Assembly (NCBI GenBank): GCA_963769985.1
Contig: CAVYNR010000007.1
Coordinates: 6,762 to 70,761, forward strand
DNA: 64,000 nucleotides
Direction of reading: 5' to 3'
DNA from: an uncultured Actinomycetes bacterium
GTDB taxonomy: Bacteria; Actinomycetota; Acidimicrobiia; Acidimicrobiales; JACCXE01
Part shown: in pieces, positions 33,962 through 44,384 of the stretch
Position numbering within the stretch: the stretch's first letter is position 1
How the letters are laid out: every line of letters begins with the position of its first letter
Program-made: the position numbers and the translations under genes
The notes under the pieces: model-generated
What the model saw: the letters and a program-made list of their open reading frames with translations, nothing else
Told to the model about the DNA's origin: nothing
The model's database searches: none

Positions 33962-34880
33962 CTAGGGCCGGGAACCGATAACCGGGACGTGCGGCGTGGC
34001 CTTGGCCATGAGGTCGCGCACGGCGTCGCCGATCTCAGCCGGCTCCCACCGGTCACCCTTGTTGATCTCCGGCCCGTGCTGCCAACCGACGGCAACGGAG
34101 ATCTTGCCGCCGTCGACTTCGAACACCTGGCCGGTCACGTCCGCCGACAGCGGGCTGCCGAGCCACACCACGAGCGGCGCCACGTTGTCGGCCGCCATCG
34201 CGTCGAATCCACCGTCCTTCGGTGCCTGCATCGAGTCGGGGAACAAATCCTCGGTCATGCGCGTCCGCGCGATCGGCGCGATCGCGTTGCACGTGACGCC
34301 GTAACCCGCGCGAGCTCGGCCGACGCGACGCGGCTCATCGCCGCGATACCTGCCTTGGCCGCCGCGTAGTTCGACTGCCCGACGTTGCCGAAGAGTCCGG
34401 CGGCCGAACTGGTGTTGATGATGCGGGCGTCGTTGGTCTCGCCCGCCTTCGACGCGGTCGCGCCAGAAGTTGCCCGCGTGATGCATCGGCGCGTACGTGC
34501 CCTTCAGGTGCACCTTGATGACCGCGTCGAACTCGGCCTCGGACATGCTCACGAGCATCCGGTCGCGCAGGATGCCGGCGTTGTTCACCAGCGACGTCTA
34601 GCCCGCCGAACGTGTCGATCGCCGTCTGCACCATGCGGCGAGCGCCCTCGAAATCGCTGACGTCGTCGCCGTTGGCGACCGCCTCGCCACCCATCGCACG
34701 AATGGCGTCGACCACTTCGCCGGCGGGACCCTCCGAACTGCCCGTCCCGTTGGGCTCGGCGCCCAGATCGTTGACTACGACCTTGGCCCCCTGCCGTGCG
34801 AACTCAAGGGCGTGACCCCGTCCGATCCCACGACCGGACCCGGTCACGATCACCACGCGGCCTTTACAAATCCCTGCCAT
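33962..34880 (-). CDS. SDR of the MFE-2/Hsd4A-like 3-hydroxyacyl-CoA dehydrogenase type, about 3 frameshifts
   Basis: MAGICKGRVVIVTGSGRGIGRGHALEFARQGAKVVVNDLG (ORF 34335..34895) joins NNAGILRDRMLVSMSEAEFDAVIKVHLKGT and the C-terminal part of ORF 33962..34588. Confidence 0.7.
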
Positions 34881-34916
34881 CGGTCGCCCTCCCAAGCTGT
34901 CCGCTCGCGCCGAGAC

Positions 34917-34930
34917 TAGAACAGATTCTA
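34917..34930. promoter_or_regulatory. degenerate KstR-type box TAGAACagATTCTA
   Basis: 13 of 14 informative positions fit TnnAACnnGTTnnA (G to A in the right half). The arms CTAGAA/TTCTAG are palindromic. Lies upstream of the 34880-to-27797 operon. Confidence 0.45.
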
Positions 34931-34933
34931 GTT

Positions 34934-34950
34934 TCTGACAACCCGTCAGA
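34934..34950. promoter_or_regulatory. palindromic operator candidate TCTGACaacccGTCAGA (site 4 of 7, perfect)
   Basis: Lies 3 nt from the KstR-like box. The -10-like TAGTTT overlaps its left edge. Confidence 0.6.
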
Positions 34951-34967
34951 AGCCCGCACTCCTGCGC

Positions 34968-36152
34968 CTACGCCGGTGCGCGTGCGCGTTTGGTGGGGAC
35001 AAACTGTGGTTCTCCGCTGCCGTCGATCCGGAACTCGTAGAGCCCCCGCGATTTCAAGTCATGGTGATACCGGCACAACCACCGGAGATTCACGAGCTCC
35101 GTCGGCCCGCCCCGAGCGAACTCATCGTCGTGGTCTCGCTCGAGACCCTTGGTCCGCCCGCACCCCGGCACCGCACAACACAACCCGCGCGCCGCGAGCG
35201 CGTCGCGTAATCGCGCCGGTATGTACCGCTTGTGCGACGTGATGCTGCGCACGTCGACTTGGTCGAACGCGACTTCCTGCACCTTGGTGTCCGGGTCCGA
35301 CATCGCCTCGTCGACCACGCGTATGGGTATCGGTTTGCCGTCGGCGGTCTCACACTTCTCACCCGGCTGCAGGTAACCCCGATCCACCGCGGCTTTGGTG
35401 ACGAGCAGCTGCACCATGGTGCGCGGCCCACGCCTCGCGCGGCCGTTGCCGGTCGCACCGCACGACTCGACGATGTCGGCGAGCGCGTCGGCCATTCGCT
35501 GCTCGGGCGTGTCGATGTTCTCTTGCTTGGCGCGCACCTGTGCCCGGAAGAGCCGGTCGGCGCGTCGCTCGATCTCCGCGACGAGCTTCGCGCTCACAAC
35601 CGGTTCGAACTCGCCGTTGATACACGTCATGCCCAAGGCGTTCGTCCAGTGCCGCAAACGCCGCGCCTGACGTTGTCGCGCCGCCAGCGTCCCGTCGGCG
35701 TCTAATGCGTCGCGCCGGATCCGGTCACACTCGGACAACAAATCCGACGCCGACGCACCCGACGCCGCCAGATCCAGCAACGTCTCCTCCGCGTCCGGCG
35801 CCGCATCGACGGCGTCGGCGATCGCGTTGGCTTGCGTCGGCGACAACCGTCCCTTGTCGAAGGCGTCCGCCGTCTTCTGTTTGCCCCGCAACTTCTTCTT
35901 CAGCCGCGTCTGCTGACGAGCCTGCCCAGACGTGATCCCCGACGAATTGGCAACGGCCTGCTCGGCGTCCAAACCGATTTCCTCGGCCCGCGCCGCCGCT
36001 CGCAACTTCGCCGCGCACGCAACCCGTTCTATCCCCGCCCACTGCGCCACCGCCGCCTCCGCGGTGAACGTGTTCAACACACGAGGCTCGAACCAGTCCG
36101 CGACCTTCTCCACCACAAGGCGCAATTTGGTGAGCCGGCAATCTTCCATCAC
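34968..36152 (-). CDS. DUF222 + HNH endonuclease protein (REP13E12-like)
   Basis: Intact 394 aa. C-terminal CAVPGCGRTKGLERDHDDEFARGGPTELVNLRWLCRYHHDLK. Confidence 0.8.
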   Translation of the reverse strand: MMEDCRLTKLRLVVEKVADWFEPRVLNTFTAEAAVAQWAGIERVACAAKLRAAARAEEIGLDAEQAVANSSGITSGQARQQTRLKKKLRGKQKTADAFDKGRLSPTQANAIADAVDAAPDAEETLLDLAASGASASDLLSECDRIRRDALDADGTLAARQRQARRLRHWTNALGMTCINGEFEPVVSAKLVAEIERRADRLFRAQVRAKQENIDTPEQRMADALADIVESCGATGNGRARRGPRTMVQLLVTKAAVDRGYLQPGEKCETADGKPIPIRVVDEAMSDPDTKVQEVAFDQVDVRSITSHKRYIPARLRDALAARGLCCAVPGCGRTKGLERDHDDEFARGGPTELVNLRWLCRYHHDLKSRGLYEFRIDGSGEPQFVPTKRARAPA

Positions 36153-36275
36153 TCAACTCAACAACCCGAACACCCGTTCGACAAGACCCAATTTGAAGAT
36201 TTCTTTCGAGGATGTGGCGCCGTGAGGTGGTCACCGTTCTGAAACCTTCGATCGCCTCCTCGGGTCTAGAGACCA

Positions 36276-36551
36276 GTGAAAACGAAGCCGCCGTTCAGAC
36301 CGCGCATGCTCGCGCCAAGGCCACCGTGGTGGGCGCGCACTCGTACGGGACTGCGTCTCGCCGCTCGGTTCGTGCAGGTGAGCTGCGCCGTCGCCTTCGT
36401 GGCCGGACTGCTGATGTGCGTGTTCGGATCCTCCGACGACGGCCTCCACTGCGCCGGAGTCTTCCTTGCTGTGATCTACAGCGTTCCGCTCGTCCTCGCG
36501 GCGCAACTCGTTGTGGTGCTCACAACCCGAGACGAACGACCTACCGGCTGA
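36276..36551 (+). CDS. hypothetical small membrane protein
   Basis: 91-aa ORF with two hydrophobic stretches (VSCAVAFVAGLLMCVF, AGVFLAVIYSVPLVLAAQLVVVL). I recognise no homology, and the coding status is uncertain. Confidence 0.3.
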   Translation: MKTKPPFRPRMLAPRPPWWARTRTGLRLAARFVQVSCAVAFVAGLLMCVFGSSDDGLHCAGVFLAVIYSVPLVLAAQLVVVLTTRDERPTG

Positions 36552-36704
36552 CGCCCGGCCACATCGTTGTCGGAGTCCGCGGCGCTGCCCAGGTTCTCGG
36601 TGCAGCAGTGCGTGGGTCTGCGAGCAGTCCTGCGCCGAGAAGGTGAAGGGTGAGCGCGCGTTCACATCGCGACAGCGCGGGACAGCCGGCTGCCGCGCGC
36701 GCTG

Positions 36705-37292
36705 CTACTCGTGGCGAAGTAGCAACCGCGCGGCGAACTCGAGTTCGTCGCCGACCGCGCCGACGCTGGTCCAGCCGTTCACCCAACCGAGGAGCGAGGC
36801 GAACCAGACGTGGGCGAGCACGCGGGCGGTGCCGGCGCGGATTTCCGGATCGATGCCCTCGAGCGGGCACGACAGGACCGTCGCGACAATCCGTTGCACC
36901 TCGGCCTGGCACTCCGACACCGCAGGGTCCGGCGCGGTAATCGCGGTTACGAGCGCGGCAAACAAATCCGGCTCCCGCGCCGACGCCTTGGTGATGCGGC
37001 GGATCATCTCCACCAATCGGTCGACGGGCGTGTCGCCCGTCGGCACCGAACGCTGTCCGGCCGCGGACTCGAACGTGCGCGCCCACTCCAGCAGGGCGGC
37101 CGACAGCAGGTGGTCCTTCGAGCTGAAGTAGCGGTACACGGTGCCAAGCGCCACGCCCGCACTCGCGGCGACGTCGCGCATTTGCACCGCGTCGTAGCCG
37201 CCGTCGTGCGCCAGCTCCATCGCCGCGGCGATCACGCGCGCCCGGCGCGCGTGCTGGCTGCGGGTGAGCACCTCGGGTGCGGGAGTCGCCAT
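36705..37292 (-). CDS. kstR: TetR-family transcriptional repressor, KstR-like
   Basis: Intact 195 aa. RVIAAAMELAHDGGYDAVQMRDVAASAGVALGTVYRYFSSKDHLLSAAL closely parallels my recollection of Rv3574 (ILDATMAIASKGGYEAVQMRAVADRADVAVGTLYRYFPSKVHLLVSAL). KstR boxes are present in the window. Confidence 0.7.
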   Translation of the reverse strand: MATPAPEVLTRSQHARRARVIAAAMELAHDGGYDAVQMRDVAASAGVALGTVYRYFSSKDHLLSAALLEWARTFESAAGQRSVPTGDTPVDRLVEMIRRITKASAREPDLFAALVTAITAPDPAVSECQAEVQRIVATVLSCPLEGIDPEIRAGTARVLAHVWFASLLGWVNGWTSVGAVGDELEFAARLLLRHE

Positions 37293-37315
37293 TACCCCGT
37301 TAGTTTCTGGGAGCG

Positions 37316-37816
37316 ATGGCGAAAAACCTGCGTGGACAGATTGTGATGACCGAGGACGAGATGATCGCGTTCCTCAATTCGAGTCGCACGATGACGATGG
37401 CAACCAACGGCAAGGGCGGTCATCCGCACGTGGTGGCGATGTGGTTTGCCGTCGTCGACCATCAGATCTGCTTCGAAACCAAGCGCAAATCGCAGAAGGT
37501 GCAGAACCTGTTGCGCGACCCGCGCATCACGTGCTCGATCGAAGCGGGCAAGACCTACGACACACTGCGCGGCGTGTCGTTCGAGGGCACGGCCGAGATC
37601 ATCGACGACCCCGACTATCTGTGGCGCGTCGGGCTCTCGGTCTTCGAGCGCTATCAGGGCGTCTACACCGACGAGATGAAGCCGATTGTCGAGACCATGC
37701 TCAACAACCGCGTCGCCGTGAAGGTCAACGTCACCCGCGCCCGCAGCTGGGACCACCGCAAGATGGGCATGCCCGCCATGCCGATCGCCGGCACCACTGC
37801 GGGCGAACCGACGTAA
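37316..37816 (+). CDS. pyridoxamine 5'-phosphate oxidase (PPOX) family, probably F420-dependent, oxidoreductase
   Basis: Intact 166 aa. MATNGKGGHPHVVAMWFAVVDHQICFETKRKSQKVQNLLRDPRI is a typical PPOX split-barrel sequence. Confidence 0.75.
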   Translation: MAKNLRGQIVMTEDEMIAFLNSSRTMTMATNGKGGHPHVVAMWFAVVDHQICFETKRKSQKVQNLLRDPRITCSIEAGKTYDTLRGVSFEGTAEIIDDPDYLWRVGLSVFERYQGVYTDEMKPIVETMLNNRVAVKVNVTRARSWDHRKMGMPAMPIAGTTAGEPT

Positions 37817-37821
37817 GGAAC

Positions 37822-38927
37822 TCAAGCGGGCTCGGAAGCTAGGAGCGCGCCGAGTTTGCGCAGTTGTTTGGTCGCCCCGCCGAGGCTGAGTTCCAGTTGC
37901 TTGGCCCAGAGGAAGTAGCGGTGCAGCGGGTAGTCGCGATCCACGCCCACGCCGCCGTGGATGTGTTGCGCGGCGTGCACCACGCGCTGTCCTCCGTCGG
38001 CCGCCCAGAACTTGGCCGTCGCCACTTCGGCCGCCGCCGGTAAGCCCTCGCTGAGAGCGCCACGCCGCTTGCCAGATGGTGAGACGGATCGCTTCGGTGT
38101 CGATGTACGCGTCGGCGGCGCGCTGGCCGACCGCTTGGAACGTGCCGATCGGCTTGTCGAACTGGCTGACGCGTGCCGGCGTAGGTCGCGGTCATCGCGA
38201 GCGCCTGCTCGCAACATCCGAGCATGGTGGCGGACAGACCAACCGTCATCCGATCGAGCAGCCACTCGAGGACGTCGAGCACCACCGAGCAACGCTGCGT
38301 CGGGCACGAAGACGCTGTTGAAGTCGAGGCGCGCCTCGGGGATACCGCTCGTGGTGTTAAGGCGCGTGCGTTCGACGCCGGAGGAAGACAGGTCGACAAT
38401 GAACGTGCGCACGCCCTGATCCGCGGCGTGTGCGGGCACGAGTGCGTGTGACGCGTCGAGGCCCGCGGGAACGCAAATCTTCACGCCGTCGATGCGCCAG
38501 CCGTCGCCGTCACGCCGCGGTGGTGGTGGGTTCGGTCGGTTCAGCACCGGCCTCGACCAACGCGGAGGTGAGCACGCGATCGCCGCTGACCACATCGTTT
38601 AGCAACGTTCGGTGGTCGGGCGTACCGAACTCGGCAATCGCCGCCGCGCTGACCAGCGTCGGCACCAACGGGATGGGCGCTGAGGTGCGTCCGACCTGTT
38701 CGAAGCAGCAGACACAACTCGACGAACCCCAGACCGCTGCCGCCCGCCGATTCGGGCAACGCGATGCCGAGCAGATTCGCCTTGGCCAGTTCCGCCCACG
38801 CGTCGCGGGCGAAATATTCGCCGGAGGTTTCGAGGGCGCGCAGCCGCTCGTGCGGCAGCTGCGTCTCCAGGATCTGCGTGGCCAGATCGCGCACCGCTTC
38901 TTGTTCTTCGCTGAATCCAAAATCCAT
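37822..38927 (-). CDS. fadE27: acyl-CoA dehydrogenase beta-type subunit (FadE27-like), about 3 frameshifts
   Basis: MDFGFSEEQEAVRDLATQIL, QFDKPIGTFQAVGQRAADAYIDTEAIRLT (alternate frames), ATAKFWAADGGQRVVHAAQHIHGGVGVDRDYPLHRYFLWAKQLELSLGGATKQLRKLG. Confidence 0.7.
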
Positions 38928-38941
38928 TGCGCCGTACCTAT

Positions 38942-40126
38942 CTATCGGAGGGACCGGGGCATGCCCAGGCCGAACATGGCGATGAGATCGCGCTGGACTT
39001 CGTTGACGCCGCCGCCGAACGTGAGGATGAGCAGGCTGCGGTAGTACCGCTCGAGGCGCGCCTTGAGAACTGCATCAGGCGAGTCGTGCGTGAGGTAGCT
39101 GGCTTCGCCGATGATCTCGAACATCAGCCGGAACGCCTCGAGGTAGAACTCGGTGCCGAACACTTTGATCGTCGACGCGTCGGCGATGTTGAGCCCCTGC
39201 GCCACTGCTGGCGCGACCACGCCACCTTCCAGTTGACGAGCTTGAGGAACTCGAGGCGGGCGTACACGCGCGCCAGGTTGATCTGCACCCACTCCTGATC
39301 GATGACGCGCTGACCGTTGGCGAGCTTGGTCTGCTGGGCCCAACGACGCACGTCGGTGAGCATGGACTCGGGAATGCCGGTCGAACACAGCGTGACGCGC
39401 TCGTGGTTGAGCTGGTTGGTGATCAGGCCCCAGCCGTTGTTCTCGCCGCCGACGCAGTTGGTGACGGGCACGCGCACGTCGTCGTAGATACGTCTGGTTG
39501 ATGTCGTGCTCGCTCAGCAAGTGCATCGGCTGGTACGAGAAGCCCGGCGTCTCCCGTCGGCACGATGATGATCGAGATGCCCTTGTGCTTCTTCACTTCG
39601 GGATCGGTGCGCGCCGCGAGCCACACGTAGTCGGCGTCGCTCGACAGGCTGCGTGAAGGTCTTCTGGCCGTTGATGACGTACTCGTCGCCGTCGCGCACG
39701 GCCGCGGGTCTGCAGCGACGCGAGGTCGGTGCCGGCACCCGGTTCGCTGTAGCCGACGCAGAACATGATCTCGCCGCGGAGAATCCGCGGCAGGTAGTCG
39801 TTCTTCTGCTCGTCGGTGCCGAACTGCATGATCGTCGGGCCGACGGTGTTGATCGTCAGCATCGGCACCGGCGCGCCGCAGCGCATCGACTCGTCGAAGA
39901 ACACGAACTGCTCGAGCTGGCTGCGGCCCTGGCCGCCGTACTCCTTCGGCCAGCCGATGCCGACCCATCCGTCGGCCGCCATCTGCTTGAAGATGCGCCG
40001 CGTGACGGGACCGACGCCGTGCTCTTTGCCGAGTTCGGCTTCGACCTCGGGCGTCAGCAGCTCGCGGTAGTACGCCCGCAACTCTTGGCGGAGCTTCTCT
40101 TGCTCTTCGGTGTAACCGATGTACAC
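38942..40126 (-). CDS. fadE26: acyl-CoA dehydrogenase alpha-type subunit (FadE26-like), about 4 frameshifts
   Basis: VYIGYTEEQEKLRQELRAYY, IGWPKEYGGQGRSQLEQFVFFDE, AVRDGDEYVINGQKTFT, NQLNHERVTL, LILTFGGGVNEVQRDLIAMFGLGMPR. The start is GTG 40126, or 40144. Confidence 0.7.
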
Positions 40127-40157
40127 GGCAGGCTGTCCCTTCACGGCTGGCCAAAAC

Positions 40158-40171
40158 TGGAACGCGTTACA
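40158..40171. promoter_or_regulatory. KstR-type operator TGGAACgcGTTACA
   Basis: Perfect fit to TnnAACnnGTTnnA. Lies in the divergent gap between the fadE26-like gene and the LLM at 40181. Followed by an isolated TCTGAC half-site. Confidence 0.7.
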
Positions 40172-40180
40172 GTCTGACAC

Positions 40181-41206
40181 GTGAAGCTCGGCTTGCACAT
40201 GGGCTACTGGGGCGCCGGCCCGCCGGCGAACCCCGTCGACACGATCCTCGAGGCCGAACGCCTCGGCTTCGACTCGGTCTGGGTGGCCGAGTCCTACGGC
40301 TCGGACGCCCTGACTCCGCTGGCGTGGTGGGGCGCGGCGACCTCGACGATCCGGCTCGGCACCAACCTCGCCCAACTGTCGGCGCGCTCGCCGACGGCGA
40401 TGGCGATGGCCGCCCAGACCCTCGATCACCTCTCCGGCGGGCGCTTCGTGCTCGGTCTCGGCGTGTCGGGCCCGCAAGTCGTCGAGGGTTGGTACGGCGC
40501 GTCGTTCGAGAAGCCGCTGGCCCGCACCCGCGAGTACATCGACATCATTCGCAAGGTGCTGGCGCGCGAGGGTCCCGTCACCAACGACGGCCCGCACTAC
40601 CCGCTCCCGCATCCCGGCGGGCTCGGATTGGGCAAGCCGCTCAAGTCGATCGTGCATCCGCTGCGCGCCGAGCATCCCGATCATCCTCGGCGCCGAAGGC
40701 CCGAAGAACGTCGCGCTGGCGGCCGAGATCGCCGACGGATGGTTCCCGATCTTCTTCTCGCCGCGTCACGACCAGATGTACCGCGACGCGCTGGCGGCGG
40801 GCTTTGCCGATCGCGCCGGCGGCAAGCCCGACGGGTTCGAGGTCAACCCGATGGTGACCGTGTCGATCAACGACGACGTCGAGGTCGCGGCCGACGCGCT
40901 GCGCCCGATGATCGCGTTGTACGTCGGCGGCATGGGTGCGCAGCGAGATGAACTTCCACTTCGACGTGTTCTGCCGCATGGGCTACGAGGGCGAGGCCCA
41001 CAAGATCCAGGACCTGTACCTCGACGGCCACCAAGCCGACGCCATCGCGGCGGTACCGACGTCGATGGTCGAGGAGATCTGCCTCATCGGTCCGGTCGCC
41101 AAGATCCGCGACGACCTCGAACTGTGGAAGTCGTCGATGGTCACGACGCATGCTCACCAACGGCTCGCCCGACCTGCTGCGCACGATGGCCGAGCTGGTT
41201 CTCTAA
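40181..41206 (+). CDS. LLM-class (likely F420-dependent) oxidoreductase, about 3 frameshifts
   Basis: MKLGLHMGYWGAG...FDSVWVAESYGSDALTPLAWW...LDHLSGGRFVLGLGVSGPQVVEGWYG, then EIADGWFPIFFSP, then LIGPVAKIRDDLELWKSS, ending MAELVL with TAA 41204. Confidence 0.75.
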
Positions 41207-41231
41207 ACCCCGCTTCTTGACGGAAGCAAAC

Positions 41232-42171
41232 CTAAAGGCGGGAGGCGAGGTATTCGCTGTGGGCGTCGGGGGTGCCGAAGGCGGTGTCGAGGACCCAGGC
41301 GCGTTTGAGGTAGAGGTGGGCGTCGACTTCCCAGGTGAAGCCCATACCGCCGTGGACTTGGATGGCGGCCTTGCCGTTCTTCACCGCCGCTTCGCCGGCG
41401 GTGATCTTCGCTGCCGCGACCGCGCGGCCCGCGTCGCCGACCGACGGGTCGTCGAGCGTGACGCCGGCGGCGTAGACCGCGGCGCGCGCGACCTCGGTGC
41501 GCACGAGCATGTCGGCCAGCATGTGCTTGACCGCCTGGAACGAGCCGATCGGCTTGTCGAACTGCTGCGCGTTCCTTCGCGTACGCCACGGCGATGTCGA
41601 GCACCGCTTCGGACAGCCCGAGTTGCAGCGCGGCGGTGAGCAGCGCGCCGTGCGCCGCCGAAGGACAGCGGGCTCGGCGTCGCCAACGACTCGCCCATCG
41701 GCAGCGACGTCGGCGACCCACACCGGCGTGAGCGGGTCGAGCGGATGGGCGACGGGGTTCGGCGACGACCGCCTCGGGTCCACGAACGTCGACGGCGGCG
41801 TCGTCGATCACGAGCAGCCGGTCGAGCGCCGCCGAGGTACTCGACGACGACGGGCCCGCGACGCGCTCGACGATGCCCACCACTTCGTTCGACGCCGCCA
41901 ACTCGCTGCCGACCAGCGGGCCGGGCACGCACGCCCGGCCGAGTTCCTCGAACACCAGCACCGACTCGGCGGAACCGAGGCCGACGCCGCCAGCGTCTTC
42001 GGGCACGCGCAAGCTGAACACGCCGGCGTCGACGAGCTCCTGCCACAGATCGCGGTCGACGCCGTCGCGTGCTTCGAGTCCGCGCACCGTCTCCATCGGG
42101 AAGCGGCCTTCGCACAGCTTGCGCACGCCGTCTTGCAGGTCGACCTGGTCGGGGCTGAGTTCGAAGTCCAT
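41232..42171 (-). CDS. short acyl-CoA dehydrogenase-family subunit (FadE32/33-like), 2-3 frameshifts
   Basis: MDFELSPDQVDLQDGVRKLCEGRFP (ORF 41203..42171), then QQFDKPIGSFQAVKHMLADMLVRTEVARAAVYAAG...IQVHGGMGFTWEVDAHLYLKRAW (ORF 41232..41783). Confidence 0.7.
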
Positions 42172-43314
42172 CAGCGGTCCTTCGGCAGTCCGAGGACGCG
42201 CTCGGCCACGATGTTGCGCTGGATCTGCGACGTGCCCGCCGCGATCGCGATCGAGATCGCGTGCATCTGGCCCTCGACGTGTTTGTTGTCGAGCGACAGA
42301 CCCTCGCGCTCGAACACGCGCATGGCCAACTCGCCGAGGCGGTGGCGCGTCTCGGAGTAGTGCAGCTTGAACACCGAGCCGCCGACGCCCGGCACGCCCG
42401 TGCGCGCCGCTTGCGCACGTTGCGCTTGGTCAGCGCCCACAGCGCGTCGAGGTCAGCCGACGAGGTGACCGAGTTCTCGCCGGTGACCCGCGTCGGTCGG
42501 CCACTTCGGCGAGGTCGCGCACGAGCTGCATCGACTGCAGCATCTCGCCCACGAACGCCGTGCCGCGCTCGAAGCTGAACGTCGACCATCGCGACGCGCC
42601 AGCCGTCGTTCTCGTCGCCGACGCGGTTGGCGACGGGCACGCGCACGTCGTCGAGGAACACCTCGCTGAACTCGCTGCCGCCGACGATGGTTTTGCAGCG
42701 GCCGCACGTCGATGCCCGGCGTCGTCCATCGGCACGATCAGCCAGCTGATGCCGCGGTGCTTGTCGACGTTCGGGATCGGTGCGCACGAGCATCTCGCAG
42801 TAGTCCGCGACTTGCGCGTGCGAGGTCCAGATCTTGGATCCGTTGATGACGTACTCGTCGCCGTCGCGCTCCGCGCGTGTGCGCAGCGACGCAAGGTCCG
42901 ATCCGGCCGACGGCTCGGAGAAGCCCTGGCACCACACCTCGTCGCCGCGCAGGATCTTCGGCAGGTGCGCGGCCTTCTGCTCGGCCGACGCCTCGGCGTA
43001 CAGCGTCGGCCCGGCGTGCAGCAGCCCGACGAAGTTCACGCCCACGTAGGGCGCGCCCGCCTTCTCGGTTTCCTCGAGAAAGATCAGCTGCTCGCTCGGC
43101 GTCGCGCCGCGACCGCCGACGTCCTTTGACCACGCGATCCCGGCGTACCCGGCGTCGAACAGCGTGCGCTGCCACGCCGTGTCGTAGTCGCGGCGGCCCT
43201 GCCAGTCATCCTCACCCGGCCGGTCCGCCGGAAACGGTCGGCAACACGCTCCGCCAGCCAGGCTCGCAACTCGGCGCGGAATGCGGCGTCGGTGTCGGAA
43301 TCGCGCAGGTTCAC
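42171..43314 (-). CDS. acyl-CoA dehydrogenase (FadE31-like), several frameshifts
   Basis: The GTG at 43314 overlaps the cupin TGA: VNLRDSDTDAAFRAELRAWLAE. Then GIAWSKDVGGRGATPSEQLIFLEE, CQGFSEPSAGSDLASLRTRAERDGDEYVINGSKIWTS, IAIAAGTSQIQRNIVAERVLGLPKDR. Confidence 0.7.
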
Positions 43315-43866
43315 TGCGACGCGCGCCAGGCGGCGTTGGCTTCGGCGAACTGGCGGCGGGTGTGCTCCAAATCGTGGGGGCTCTCGGTCGACAGGTCGGG
43401 GGGCCACTGGCTGCGCGGCTGGGAGAAGAAGTCGCCGCCGTAGATGTGGATCGCACCCGTCAGTTGCTCGCGCGCGTTCGTGACGGAATGGATCGTGTCG
43501 TCCCCCAAGAGCACCGCATCACCCTCGGTGAGTTGCTTGCCGCCAGACTCGACGATGGACGCCGCGCCCGGCGCGGCGCGCCGGTAAAACGCATTGTCCT
43601 CCTGGCCGGTGTAAATGCCGATGGCGGCCCACATGCGGTGGTCGTGCGGCAACAGCTTCATCTTTGGCGCCCACACCACGTGCAAGACGGTGAGGTCGTC
43701 GGCGCGATGCAGCGTGTTGAGCCCGCCCTCCTCCGGCTTTCAGCGCGTCGGCCATGGCGGACGTGTCGGTCAACGCGCGATCCAGCACCTCGCGAATCGC
43801 GCGCCGCGGCTCTCCCTCACGGATCGCGGCTTGACACTCGGCCACGAACTCCTCGACGTCGAACAT
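43311..43866 (-). CDS. cupin (double-stranded beta-helix) metalloprotein-like, one frameshift
   Basis: MFDVEEFVAECQAAIREGEP... joins ORF 43311..43685 (VVWAPKMKLLPHDHRMWAAIGIYTGQEDNAFY...IHSVTNA), giving a His-rich cupin-type motif. Confidence 0.6.
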
Positions 43867-43868
43867 GG

Positions 43869-44380
43869 TCACGACCGTATCGCCGCCGCCAGTTCGTCGA
43901 CCAGCGCGGCGACTTCCTTGCGCGCAGGCGACGACGACGTCGATTTCGCCGCCGGCGGGATCCTCGACGTTCTCCCATGGCTTCGAGCGCGACATCGGCC
44001 AACCGCAACGACGCGACCCGCTCCCCCAGAACGCCCGCGGTCGACGGAAGGTCGCGCACGAGCCGGCGGATCGTCGCCGTCTTGTCCGCCGCCTCGGGGT
44101 GCGTGCGGCGGACGTACTCGACGTGGAACGTCTCGAAGCACACGATCAGGTCGGAGTCGCGCGGCGTCGTTGTCGCTCAGTTGGCGGCTGCGGTGCGCGG
44201 GCACGGTACACGCCGAGATCCTGCAGCGCGTGCTGGGTCCGCCAACTCATCGGTAGGCCCTCGATCACCATCGTGCCGGCGGTCACGACCTGGGCCCCGC
44301 CCATGTGCGACAGGACGGCGCCCGCCATGACGCTGCGCGCCGCGTTACCGGTACAGACGAACACGACCAGGGGGTGGTCG
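43869..44380 (-). CDS. low-molecular-weight phosphotyrosine phosphatase / ArsC-like protein, 2-3 frameshifts; start unresolved
   Basis: The P-loop VVFVCTGNAARSVMAG fits CX5R(S/T). Later pieces: DLIVCFETFHVEYVRRTHPEA and EVAALVDELAAAIRS, stop 43869. Confidence 0.55.
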
Positions 44381-44384
44381 ACGG

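Noticed and set aside
37291-37304. Possible KstR autoregulatory box ATTACCCCGTTAGT
   Set aside because: Only the GTT half and part of AAC match, and both outer positions fail. It is too degenerate to call.
40172-40180. Isolated TCTGAC half-site next to the KstR box at 40158
   Set aside because: There is no matching GTCAGA arm at N5 spacing (the downstream sequence is ACGTGAAGCT). I noted it but did not count it as a site.
41204-41236. Small hairpin GCTTC-ttgacg-GAAGC between convergent genes, as a bidirectional terminator
   Set aside because: The stem is only 5 bp and has no U-tract. That is insufficient support.
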